64,000 nt of DNA from Lama glama (lineage: Eukaryota): positions 100,318,001-100,382,000 of the forward strand of contig CM052817.1 in the NCBI GenBank assembly GCA_028534125.1, given 5' to 3'. This document shows positions 23,879-36,510 of the stretch, one piece after another. The position numbers and the translations under genes were made by a program. The notes below the pieces were generated by a model. The model ran no database searches, had not been told where the DNA came from, and was given only the letters and a program-made list of their open reading frames with translations. The number at the start of each line of letters is the position of its first letter. The first letter of the stretch is position 1.

Positions 23879-24261
23879 CAGGAGGAAAGAGATGTGCTCA
23901 ATCCATCATCTTGAGAGTTGCACCTTCTTTTTTAAAAATCCTTTATAGTGAGGATAATGGTGCCTTTCCTACTGATTTTTCTGGCAGATTTCAGGTTAAA
24001 CCTCAATATCCATTCTCCTTCATTTGTAACAGAGCCCCCATTTTTATCCAGCACGTGGCAACCAGGGATAATTCTAACCTCCCTCACAAATCCATGTGGG
24101 ATCCAACTCTCCTCCAAATTTGACAAGTCAGTCTTGAATGGCTTCACGATGTCTCTTTCCTTGTTGTGCTGTTGATCTGCCACCCTTTACATTGCTTATG
24201 ATACCTCATTTATCCTGATACTTTTTGTAAGCTTGTGACTGTCTCATTGTTTTAAAAATGT

Positions 24262-24465
24262 ATTTATTCAGATATTTTATGATATATGCCAGGTACAATT
24301 CTAAGGACTCTACAATATAATCTGACTTAATTCTCATGACTCTATGATATATTTGGCAATATGTAACAGAAGCATTGTTTCTCTTGCTGAGGCTCAGAGA
24401 TGCTAAGTAACTTACCCAAGGTCACACAGCTAGTAAGTGGCAGGGCTAGGATTTGAACCAAAGAA
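24262..24465 (-). mobile_element. MIR SINE
   Basis: ctgaggctcagagatgctaagtaacttacccaaggtcacacagctagtaagtggcagggctaggatttgaacc. Confidence 0.85.
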
Positions 24466-25284
24466 GTTACTCCTTAATCTCTAATAAAATGCCTGCTGCA
24501 AAATGTTTGTATATATGATCTCACTTTTACTGATCTTTTTACTTGGATACTTCAGACCAGATAGTGACTTGAAGTCATTAGGCTGAACTACTCTCCCAGG
24601 TATAAGCTCCAAAGAATCAGAAGAGATGATGGTAACTGAGCTCCCATTGCTGTTTATTTATGAGTTTAACAGAGGAGAACCCCCTGCAAAATGCATGCTG
24701 TGTAAATTCCAACTATACTAACTCTAGTGCCTGGGTTGCAGGATTCGTAACATGGCAATTTTCTGTTGTCCTCCTAACCCTTGAGCCCCATCCCATGCCC
24801 CACATTTGTTTCAAGTCTACTGAATAGAGTCATTGACGGGGAGCTCCCGCTGGAGTGCTGTGGCTCTCTATGGGGCTGGTACTGCCCCCTCAGGGGCATT
24901 TGGAAATTTGGGGAGGGATGTTTTCTTGGTGGTCACGACTAGATGGCTACTGGCATTGAGTGGACCACTGCCCAAGGCTGCTCTCACGGTAAAGAGCTGT
25001 CTGCCTCCTACACAGCTCTGTCTGGCCCACTGGATAACTATAGAGATGAACAATCTGCTTTCAATCATCTGCGCCTAGAAGCTTAACACAAAGTTTTGGG
25101 GCTTTGAGGGTTCTGATTTTGTTTACAGTTTACCATACACTTGATTGCCAAAGAAGGCCACTGCTGGGTACATCAAGGGAAGACTGCTCTTTATTTTATT
25201 TGGAACTTCATCAAAGGACAATTGCATCACTGACAGTGATTCCACTTATTGTTATTTTTAAAACAATGTTTACCAAGCAACTAC

Positions 25285-25324
25285 TTTTTTCTATTTGAGG
25301 GTGAGAGAAGGGAGGTAATTAGAT

Positions 25325-25355
<31 letters not shown>

Positions 25356-25464
25356 TTCATTCATTCATTTATTCATTCATTCATTTATTGGAGTTAGTGG
25401 GGATTGATCCCAGGACCTTGTGCATGCTAAGTATGTGCTTTACCACTCAGCTATACCTTCCCCC
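25285..25464 (-). mobile_element. Vic-1 SINE with (ATTT/ATTC)n expansion
   Basis: ggggattgatcccaggaccttgtgcatgctaag...ccactcagctataccttcccc; microsatellite 25323-25388. Confidence 0.88.
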
Positions 25465-25995
25465 TTATAAGAGTTAATTTTGGACTTCATGGAGTTTATA
25501 TTCTAGTTGGAGAGAGAGAAAAAAATGTTACATATTTTTAAAATTGAAGCACCGCCCCCAACTCGTTTCTGAGACATCCACGTAACGTCCCTCAGTCTCC
25601 ATTTGTAGCTGGTGTGTTTATGGGGATTTCACACGGGTGCAAGCATTGAGCACTTCCTCATGCCTAGCCATGTGGTCATTTGCGTGTTGAGATATATGTC
25701 ATTTTATTGTGCATGACCTTCCTTATATATTATATATTACATACTATGTATATGGCTATTTTTCTGGATTTGGGGAGAATGCAGATGAATCTGCACCTCT
25801 GACTTGATTTTCCAGCCATTCCTGGTCAAGCACATCATCATCCTCAAGCAGTTTTTCTGAGTGCCTCGGTGTCACCATTAGGCAAGATACTGGTTTATCT
25901 GAAATCATGTATGTTTATAAGTTATAGAATCTATGAATTGCACTTCAGGAAGTTAAAAAGGCATAATACGTATTTTTAAAAGGCCTATCATAGGT

Positions 25996-26073
25996 GGGGG
26001 GAGGGTATATCTCAGTGGTAGAGCACATGCTTAGCAGGAACAAGGTCAATCCCCAGTTCTACTATTAAAAAAA
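25996..26073 (+). mobile_element. Short, degenerate Vic-1 SINE
   Basis: ggggagggtatatctcagtggtagagcacatgcttagca...caatccccag, internal deletion, A tail. Confidence 0.85.
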
Positions 26074-26139
26074 GGGGGGGGGTCCATCATGTCTGATGAG
26101 TCAGAGAATCGCCTCTCAAGCACCCACAATGGAGGCCCT

Positions 26140-26480
26140 GTGTGTGCACAGCAAATGTCCAGCAGAGGAGGGAAAGGGCGAAACAGGCAGGGGCAGCACC
26201 TGCCCCAATCACAGCCCGGCTTAATCACCACATTGCACATGAGGCTGCCGTGCTCAGCGCGCAGCTGCAGGAAATCAGTCTGGCTGAGGGCACGCTTCCC
26301 TCTGAGTTGCTGGAGTCGACTTTGGCTTTGATTTACAAGAGCTGGCAATTGCACTAAGTATATGACAGACCAACAGAAGTCTTTCCATTTGCAAAGCACC
26401 TGGGAGAACCACCTAATAGGCCGACTGCACTATTGGCACTTCATGAATATGTAACAGAAGTACAATTTGATTGAAGTAGG
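26140..26480. promoter_or_regulatory. Candidate enhancer (PBX-HOX + MEIS motifs)
   Basis: Repeat-free; tgatttac 26329-26336, tgacag 26363-26368, E-box cagctg 26262-26267. Confidence 0.35.
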
Positions 26481-27809
26481 AGATTCTGGCCTATTTTTTT
26501 TTTCTGAGTTTGGGGAGAAGGCTGATGAAATTCTCCTCTTCTGGCTTGATTTTCTAACCCCAGAGATGTTCCTGGTCAAACACATCATCATCATCATCAC
26601 CACCATCATCAAGAACAATCTGGCTGAGGGTCTAATTACTACTCACAGCAGCAGCGCAGACTGCTCATCCTGATGGCGCGAGGATGATCACTATGATTTT
26701 AAATCTCCAACTCACTTTTTCACATTCAACAGATGTCTACCGACACCTACTCTGGGCCAGACTGTGCTGGGTATAACCAACAGGATGCAGTTGCGACCGT
26801 CATGGAATTCACAGTTTTAGAAAGGAACGGATTTTAATTATGTGTCCATTTGTAGCTGATTGTATTTTTTTTAAAGCAGAAAAGGTCTTACTTGAATTCC
26901 TCATAGACACCTGAACTTCTCATTTTACTCCCAATTCTGCTTCTCCCCAAAAGTCCCAGTCTTAGTTATCAGGACTCCTGTCCAACCGATTCAAGTCAGA
27001 AAACTGAGTCATTATAGCAATTCATTCTTTCTCTCTTCCCACCCCTGACACCAACTAATCACCAAGTACCGCTAATTTTATCTCCCAAATGTTTTTCTAA
27101 GGCGTTCCTTCCTCTTTGGGCCCACATCTCTCTTTATCATCAGCCTGGACACTTGTCACAGCTCTGTGACATGTCTCCCTCAGGCCTTTAGTCTTGCCTG
27201 GGTATCAGTCAGGATTCGGGTTCAGAGAACAGTATTCACGTCATCCAGTCTGGGCAGAAGGTGATTTGCGCGAGGGCACAAAGTGGCTTGCAGAATCATT
27301 GGAAAAGCTGATAAAATAGGCTGCCCTTTTGAAAATGGCTTTGGAGCTCCACCGCAGAATCTGGAGAGCAAGGGAACTACCACCTCTTTTACAATCAGGA
27401 AGTTGCTTTGCCAAATAGAGAGGCTTGTGCTTCAGCTGCCAGCTCCAGAACCACAGCTCTGCTGCCGTGATCAGGATGCCAGCGCGACCAGGCAGCCAAG
27501 GTGATTAGGAAACAGCCACAATCAGAATCAACTGTGATCATGAAACCACTGCAGGAAACCCCGACCCCTCCACGTTCGAGCTAGTAGCACGACCAGCAGA
27601 GTTCCAGCCCCCGCCTGGCTTCTACCTTCCAGATCTTGGCAAATACTTCTGACTGGGAACACTTAAGTCATATCCAGAATCCCATCTGCAGTGGAGTCTT
27701 AGAAGTGTAGCTTGTAGCTTTTCAGCCACTCAGAAGTGCAGAATGGGAGGCACCCCCCCCCACCGGGAGAAGGCTGGAACAGATGGGTAACACCAGTATA
27801 TTCTACTAC

Positions 27810-28325
27810 ACTCCCTTAAAGTCACCAGAGCAATGCCTCTGAACGGAAATCTGACTACGTTGCCCCTCTGCTGAAACCCTTTCAATGGTTCTCCACTGCG
27901 CCTAAAATAAACTCCAAGTTCCTTGGTCTGTCTTCCCCTCTTTTATCATATCATAACAGCCATGAATACGTGACTCTCTGATCGCACCAAGGGGCACTCT
28001 CTGTGCTCTCAGGGCCCCGTGTCTTTGTTCTCGCTGTCCCTCCATCTGGAATGTACTTCCTCCTCTCCTGGCTAACTTTTACTCATCCCTCCAGACTCCA
28101 CTCAGGCATACCAGGAAACCCTTCTTGAACTCCTGAGGCTCCATGGTACTGCTGCAGCAACCTGGGCATGCCTGGATTTGGAAACTCTCTGCTCATATTT
28201 CTGCTGATGCCATAAGATACATGTTCTCTTGGGGCAGCAACTAAATCTTACTCATTTTTGTCCTTTCAATGTCTAGCACGGTGCCCCAAGTATATGCTAA
28301 ATAATAATTTGTTCACCTGAAAGGA
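27810..28325 (+). mobile_element. L2 3' region
   Basis: aaatctgactacgttgcccctctgctgaaacccttcaatgg...gtctagcacggtgcc. Confidence 0.6.
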
Positions 28326-28349
28326 ATGGTACTGAAGGAAGCATGTACT

Positions 28350-28680
28350 TTGCATGCAGGAAGGAAGTAGGAATCCTTCTCTGCGTGCAGGAAGTTTATT
28401 GGGAGTGCCCCGGGCGTCAGTCTGCAGGGAGGTTGGTGTGTGTATGTGTATGGTGTGAAGAAAGAAAGACTGGGCAGATGGAGACACTGGACTGTGATGT
28501 TAGATCTCAGTCAACCCCACAGTGAGCTTAAGAGCTAGAAGGTCCTTTAGAGTTGCCCCATCATGAAGCAAGAGGGTTAGGCCCTTAGATCCTTATGTCA
28601 ACTAGTCATTGAGTGTGGGGTGAGGGTGCCACCTGGGGCTCAGCAGCTCCCTTCAGCTGAGGGCAATTCCTAGAAGGTGA
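28350..28680 (-). mobile_element. Old ERVL LTR (LTR33/LTR16-like)
   Basis: gcaggaagtttattgggagtgcc...actgtgatg...gagctagaaggtcctttagagttg; similar to 54125-54560. Confidence 0.45.
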
Positions 28681-31600
28681 CTACATCATTCAAAGTTTGA
28701 TCACAGACGATGAAGCCCTAGGATGGATAAGTGGATAGAAAGATGGAGGGTTGGATTGAGAGATAATATAGATAGTATTTATAGCTGTTAAAATTAAGAA
28801 GAGAGAGCTAGAGAAGATATTTATTTATTTATTAAAGGGAGTTGACTTTATGCTATTGTGGGAACTTTTACACAGTTCGTGTAAGACTGTTATTTCTGTC
28901 TGATGGTTGGAGCTGAAGTTTCAAAGACGGGCAATCAAGAGAGAAGATGGAAGTGAAGTGGGGAAAGGCGGACAAACGGGAACCTGAGAGGAACCCATCT
29001 CACCCTCTCTATCCAAGCCACCATCTTCACTAATGGCTGTGGAAAGAAGCCGGCGCCCTCCAGCAAGGAGTTAGGAGCCATCAGCCACCAACCCTCCCAT
29101 CATCTGGGGACTGAGCGAGGGGACCTGGGCAGACAGCCAGGGCAGCCGCTCCAAAGTGCCAGACAAAGAACATCACCCGGCAGGCACAGTGTATTCCCCC
29201 TCGGGCCTCAGTGCCCACGGATGACAAAGTCTAGGCTGGGAAGGCGAGTAAATCACAGTCAATACAAATCAAATGATTACATGAAAATTAAACTGGTTGG
29301 CAAAAATCTTACATACATCCACACACTATGAAATTTAAGGTGGGAGGAGAGAAAATAAGGAACATCCAAGAGCCAGAGAGAATTTTCAAGGCGTTCACAG
29401 GATTGAAGGTAACAGTGAGAGGGAGATCGGAGATGCAGTAAGGACAAGGAAACAAGTTATAAAAAAATTGTATGTTGTGTTGTTTTGCCAGGGGAATATG
29501 GAAAGGGGATTGGAGGAGGAAAGTTTGGGAAACACTAATTTGGAAACACCATATTCTGCCAGTTATTTGCACATTTCTAGGGGAGTTCTGAGAAATCTAT
29601 TTGCCCTTCTTTTCTTCCAGCCCTTCCTACCCCTTGGCTATTGTCTTAGACAGAGATGGCACAGTGTTGCTCCTTCTCACTCCTTGTCCACGGCAGACAT
29701 TACTCACCAATCTTTCCTGAAACACCCAAATAAGACTTCAGAGTCCTTCTTAGCAGAGGTTTCCAGATAGTCATACTAATCGACTGGATGGAACTTAGCA
29801 GTCATCTCTGTCCATAATCCATTCTATTCATTTATATGTCACTTATGATTTCCCCTAAAAAGTCTGTTTCTCACACCATCTTTACTTGCTCTCACAGAGC
29901 TAGAAATCCAGGGTCTAATCTCTGTTCTGGATTTCTGGCCGTAATATTAGGAGGTGGAGTGAAAGAATTAGAGGCTTTCAATCTTGTTACTCCAGCTACT
30001 TCACCGTAGCACAGTCCTGCTTCTCAGGGACCCAGATTTAGGACCCAGGACAAGGACTAGTGAGAACAAAGTCAAGTGTGAGGGGGAGAAGCCCATCGGA
30101 CATTTTCTGAGTAGAAATTGTTCTTGAGAAACAGGCATTGAAAACAAATTGGAGGAAAGGAAAAATAAAATATTTATGTATAACAAAACAACAGAGAAAC
30201 TTCTGTTTTCATCAATAATAATTCTGGGGAAGATACATTTAGAGGTGTCCCTTGCTTTCAGCCATGGAGAGATATGAATTGAATTTTTAACTTCAACCTG
30301 CTGCCTTCGGTGATCATTTCAGAAACCTTGATCTCTGGTTTATTAGCTTAATATTTTAACGATACATTAATAGTGCATTCCCTTGGCCTTATTCCCCAAT
30401 TAATTTTCTGTTAAGCAAGCATTTAAATGTTAAGGAATCTCTTTGTAAGGCAAATGACTCTTTTGTAGTGTAAATAACACCCTCAGTCTATCTAATATTG
30501 ATATTACCTGCTGTTATAATAGAAAGTTATAGTTTTCAAAGCACTGTCACACGTAAATGTATCTGATCATCCGAAGGACTCCGTAGGGTAAGTGTAGGGC
30601 CACTGTGGCCCCCACTCACTAAGGAAGAAACAGGAAGTGTGTCGTGTAAGTGCTTTGTTCAGCTGAGTTCACATGGCCAGTTACTGGGGTGGTGGGGAGG
30701 AAGATATATTTGGCTCTGACACTGAACTTCCTGGGTTCGAGTCCTGCTCCTGCCTACTGCTCACAGTGCCCTCACAGGAAAGATCCTTAACCCCATCATG
30801 CCCCAGGGGTCCTTATCTGCAAAGTGGGGAGAATAGCTTATACCTCATATGGTTCGGATGAGGACTGGCTGGAACCATCTCTGCTCCACACAGAGCCTGC
30901 AGGGAGTGTCATCTGCCGAGCAGTCCCAGCCCACAGGACACAGGCTGAGCTGCCTTCCCTTCTAGAGCCCTGAGGACTTCAGGACGCCCCAGACCACAAC
31001 TCTGAAGTCCTGTCATGCTCCACAGGACCGGCCGACCCATCACCCTAACAGCCTTTAGCAAGTCGAGTGAGTTTTCCCCAGCAATTCTGCCAAGTGGCAT
31101 GGCCCAATCCTGCCTCAGCTCTACAAAATCGATCTAAAGTGACTTCATGGGGGTGACCAACCAGGAAGAGCCATCATTTATGATGGACAAGAAAATAGAG
31201 ACCCAGAGAAAGTGGGCCCCATGTCGCCTGTGTGTGCTGAGTCAGTGACAAAGTTGGTCAGGACTGAGCTGTCCCTGGGCTCTGCTCGGGGCTAGGAGTC
31301 GTTCATCTGAACCCCCCCCACCCCCACACACCTCTGCCCTCACACCCCAGACCCCTCAGACGAGCATGGGCCAGAATCCCAAGCTGGAATCCCCAGCACC
31401 TCACCTTGCTCTGACTTGCCCCAGACAGATGTGCTACAGTCAGAAAGCTGTGACACAGTCCCCAGAACTCCCTGTCACAGAAAATCCTCCATCCACGAGG
31501 AACAGGTGGCAGTGGGGGGAATGGAAGAAAGGGGAACACCCTCCCACAAACACTCCTAAACTCTGTCTGATAATGAAAACAGGAAACACAGTCGTGGTGA

Positions 31601-33269
31601 GACACCGCAGTTGGACTTCTGGGAGCTGAATGTGATCCTGGCGAAGGCAGATTGGGTGGGTGGTCTCATCCTACCTGGACCCAATCATAAAAGCAATTAC
31701 ACGTGGCCAATGAGTTGGAATTTTCTAAAGAGTCCCACGGCCTGCAGAATTTCAAGCAGTTCTGCTCCAAGTCTCCCTCTCTCTCTCCCTCTCTCTCTTT
31801 CTCCCTCAGCTTCAACTTCTACAGTGGGCCAACCACTTCTTTCAGTGCCTAAATGAGGAAAGTCCTCCCTGAGCACTGGCCCCCAGCTGAGCAGCCCTGG
31901 ATCCGGGCAGTGGTCCTCCCTGACCCCCTCTAGCACAGGGACCTGCGGTCCATGTGGTTGGGGCAGAATCATCACAGACAGTTGATGATACAGCCAGCCA
32001 GCACATCTCAGGGCCCCTGCGTGTTCAGACCAGACTGTTGGGCTGAATAAACAGAAACAGGAAACTTGCCATTTTCAGCCTCATCATATGAAAATTTCAC
32101 CTTCCTTAGGCAATTTCGGCTGGGCAGAAACAGCCACCCTGAAGTCGCCCTCTCCTGCTCTCACTCCTCTGGAGGCGGTGTTCGCCCTAGCCTGAGATCT
32201 GAGGGCACATTTTCAGTGCTCAAGGTTGTCCCTTAAGCCTGCACACGATGTATGGGACCTGACCCCGGTGACCACCCAGCTCCCCCCGGGCTCCTTCACC
32301 CCACTCTTATTAATCAGTGATTCAGGATTAAGATTCTGGTTAGAAAGGATGCTAAGCCAAGTGGCCAGTGTATCAAAGTAATCCCCAGGCTTCAGTGGCG
32401 AATAAAAAGCATCCTCCACGGAGGTCTTGAAAAAGGCAGGCTCCGGATGTGATCTGCAGTACAAGCCCTGCCGGGACATCTCTCAGCTGAGCGTATTGTG
32501 GGCGATTTGTGAAAAATAAGGGGAAAACAAAGCCCAGGACAGCTCCGGAATTGTCTCCGTTTTGTTAACCAAGACGAGATAAGCAAAACATTCTCTCTAT
32601 AAAAATCAATTAATTTTTTTTCCTGGCTAATTCGTTTAGCCTTGTTTATCGCGGAGGCTGAGACATCAAATCTCAGTGGGTGGTGCTCCCCAGCCGGCGC
32701 GATGTTGTTGCACAACGAGGAAACAAGCCTCCCGAACAAGGTCACCCACCAGTCACGTGGCGCCGCCAGGAATACATCGCCTTGCCAAACGGAGCCTGAG
32801 CAGAGCGGCTCCGCGGAGTTACCCCTCCTTGCAGGTGCCTGGGCGCGGGGCGCTCACGGCTCACCTTCGCAGGGAGCTTCCCTCCCGCAGGGTCTGCTCT
32901 CTGCTCTTCCATCTTTCCTTCCTGCCTAGCTGCAAAGGAGGAGACCTCTCCATCCATCATCTGCCTTGCTTTTAATAAAAGATTTTTGCAATTGAAAAGC
33001 TAGAGTCTGTCCCTAGAATGTTCTAAGAATTCTGTAACACAGAATCTTTGCCCAGGGCAGCCGGAATGTTAAAGACATTAGTTAATTAAGTCTCGGAACA
33101 CTCTCATCACTGTCTATTTCCTCTCCCGGCCAAGAAACTAAAGAATAAGATGCATCCAGTCAAGGCCAAAGGAAGAGGCAGTGGGGAACGAAATAAGCTC
33201 CGATCCTAGTATTCAAAGCCTTACGTCTTCCTGGAAAAGGCTGGATTCCAGATTTAGGTAACTGGGAGT

Positions 33270-33480
33270 GGGGCTGTCATGGGGTGGAGCGAACTGTATT
33301 CTTCACTCAGTTCAGAAGACCTGCAAACACACCGGGCTCTGCCCTTTCCTAGCTGTGTGGCTTTGGGCAAATATCCCAATGTCTCTGAGCCTCAGTTTTT
33401 GCATCAGAAGATGCAGCCCTTAATACCTGCCGCAGAGGGTTGCTGAAAGAGCCATCTACAGGGATGTACACGGAAGTTTA
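33270..33480 (+). mobile_element. MIR SINE
   Basis: ctagctgtgtggctttgggcaaat...tctctgagcctcagttt. Confidence 0.7.
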
Positions 33481-35959
33481 GAATGACAGAAATGTTTGCT
33501 CCCACTGAGTCACATGGGCCTCAGAGAGGCAGGTGACTTGCTGGGGCTTCCTTCACATTTCCTGGGGACAGCTAAGAAGTCAACTGAAAACTTCAGACCA
33601 CGCCAGAGCTAAAGGTCTCACCTTTAGAAGGGGGATGTGGCTAACTTTCGCTCCTTTCCAGAAACTGTATGCATTTTAAAAATAATAATAATAATAATTT
33701 TCTAAGATGAATTCATGCAAGTTTCTAAATGTGTTCCTCAACACTCAGATTTTCAAAGCCGCATTTCTGAAGCTAATCTCTCTCCCTGGAGTAAGCTGAG
33801 CATGCTGACATGTCTCCTTTCCCGGCTTGGACACGCCTGCGTGCAGCCGCTCCATGCGATGCCATCCTCAGCTTGCACAATCTGCTCGTCATTGTGAGCC
33901 TGTGATAGAGCGGGCTTTCCAGGCATGCTAAATGAAAAGTGTGCAATTTAGGTGAAGCATTCACATGTTTGAATGAAGGACGGGATCTATCGAAGCTGCC
34001 GTCGCGGACGACAGGAAATTGATGTCCCTGTTGCTATTTACTTAGCAGAAATTAGTTCTCCAACACCAGCCTTAGTGAAAGGGACAGGAGGGCATGTGGC
34101 TGGAGGAAGAAACCAAATTCTCTTTGAGTTTCCTCTTGCCATTTGCCCTCCCCAGGTGCATCCCTTCTGGTAGGTTGCTTCATGGGTCTTTGCTGGAGAT
34201 GCTTGGTAAATCTGATCCAAACTCCAATGTGGAGCATAAAGCTGCAGAAGCATTGACATTGCAGGTCGAGGGACACCCAGCAGAGAGCCAGATCTCTCAC
34301 CGGAATCTGAGCTCTGAGAATAGCACTAACATACCTTAAGCAGAAGGCCTGGTGGGGAGAGGCAGCCTGTGGCTACCGGTGGGGCTTGTCCGGTTTGCTT
34401 ATATTAGGGCATTTGTCCCAGTCACACTTGGCAGACAGGGAAGTGGAGACACTGGGGCTGGAGGAAGGCCCTTGGCAAAGTCCAGCAACCCACTGCTTCT
34501 CACGTACCCAACCCTGGGACACAGGAGGGCCCAATGGCCCAGTGAGACTTTGGGGTCCCGCCTGGAGACTAACCTGCTGAGCCCAAATGCATCAAGGATA
34601 AGGCAGGGCTGCCGGGCTCCTGATTGAGACCTCTCTATCCACCACCAGTGAGGCAGTGAAGCAGACGTGCTTTGCCCCAATTATCAAGCTTAAAAGGCTG
34701 TACCACTCCTCTCTGTGTCAACAGCAAAGGAACGTTCAGCCGTCAGTCCTGGCCTCGTGCTTTCCCTGGGCTCTAGATCCCTTTGCACTGCCCTTTCTGA
34801 TGGTGACTGTTTTTACATCTGTCCCTCCTGTACCAGAAATAAGTACTCCACACAAGCAGACCCTTATGAAAAAAGTGACCGCAAGAAATCTTGTGCTATC
34901 TTTCAGTCATCCCACCCCCGGGGTATATTTTCATTCTGAAATAGGTCTTGGCTTTTGGTGGTGGTGGATAGTGGACGGGAGCAGGGGGTGGTGCTGTTGA
35001 GGTTGTTCATAGGCCCCTTTGGGAATCTGATGATGACAACTGCAGAAAAATGAACACATGTGCTAAAATTTGTATATGATTTCAGGGGGCTTACACGTTC
35101 CTTGAACTTTGATTAAGAACTCCTCCTTCAGTTGTTTTCAAACTTAGGGAGGTGCCTAGATCTCTGTCACCTGTCCTTAACCAGGAGGACATCTGTACAG
35201 CATTTTGGTAAAGCTGGTGATGAGCCACACACACAAGCGCCATCACTTGGTCAGGGCAAATGGTCTCTCTGATGCTCGTCTTTGGCTATTTAGGGAAACA
35301 TGCTTTAACTGGTAATAGGAGCCTCATCTTTAAATGAATGGATCTAGGCCATGGAAGGTGTGTGTGCGCGCGTGTGTGTATGGAGGCACCAAGATTAAAA
35401 AAAAAAAATCACTCCTCTCACCCATTAGATAACAATGCAATCTGATGGAAATTAGCTTTTCTTTTGATTTAGGGCTTTAAAAATAAAAATATAAACTGTA
35501 CTTTCACCAACTACTTCTTAAAAGCTCTCCCGATGGTTTTATGCCACCATTCAGCGTCCTCCACTTTCACACATGCTGTTGAACACCTACTATAGGGTGG
35601 TGCCTTTTTCTTGAAGGTTAGTTCACAAGTGAGCTACAGAAAAACATTTATGAAATACTTACAGGGACTGCAATCCCTGATTTAGTGGAAACGACTGACT
35701 AGTGATTTTTCACCTGCCCCTATGCTATTAGAGATACAGGGATTCAGCAATTTCAGTTAGTTGTCTCCAGATTCAGAATTCACAGAGGTAAGGGGACTGC
35801 AGGGCTCATGGCTCCATTCTGGGGCAGCTAAGTTCAAGCTGGGCTCTCAGAGAGAGAAAGCTGAGAAAAAATAAGCAGATCTGTAGAGAGAAGCAGAGGC
35901 ACAGTGCCAGGTGGACAGAGAAGAGGAGGGAGCAGCCCCAGCGTCGAAGATCATCCCAG

Positions 35960-36510
35960 CAGATTCTCAGCAAAGATGTCAGCAAGTCCTCCCACCTTGT
36001 GCGCATGTGCCGCCCTCCCCTTCAGGAGGCGGGGTCTCTTTGCCTTCCCTTTGAAGTCCAACTGGCCCTCTGACTCGCTTTGACCTATAACATGCATTGA
36101 GAGGGATGCTCTTTGACTTCCAGGACAGGCCTTCAGAGGCCATGCTGTTTCTGTTTCCATTCGCCAGGAAGCAAATCACCATGTAAAGATGTGTGGGTAA
36201 AGTTACTGAGTGATAAAAGACCATAAAATTTGGTTTGTGAAGGGGAACTGAGGGGCCCCAGACATGTGAGGCTGTGTGGGATCCCAGCCCCAGTCCAGCC
36301 ACCCCACCTGATTCCAAGAGAAGGGAGAGGCCAGCCACACTAGCCTGCCCGTGTTTGAGACATTCCTGCTGAAGCCTCAGACGTCGTAGAACAGAGACAA
36401 GCCATCCATCTAAGCCCTGATCCACAAAGTTGTGAAAAAATAAAATGACCATTGTTTTACCTTATGCGAGGTTTGGGGGTAGTTTGTGGTTCAGCAGGAG
36501 ATAACTGCTA
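35960..36510 (+). mobile_element. MaLR LTR (MLT1G/H-like)
   Basis: gactcgctttgacc...gacttcc...ggtttgggggtagtttgtggttcagcaggagataactg. Confidence 0.55.

Larger units (their letters stand above)
19200..23900 (-). mobile_element. Ancient L1-family (HAL1/L1M-like) remnant hosting several later insertions
   Basis: Long T-rich degenerate LINE-like text interrupted at 19880-20040 and 21108-23165; boundaries approximate. Confidence 0.45.
24855..26110. mobile_element. MER20B-like hAT element, interrupted by two Vic-1 SINEs
   Basis: ggtactgccccctcaggggcatttggaaattt...ggtggtcacga...ctactggcatt start resembles MER20/MER20B; the distal extent is less certain. Confidence 0.45.

Noticed and set aside
25598..26858. 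14-bp direct repeat tccatttgtagctg
   Set aside because: Too short and does not extend; compatible with chance
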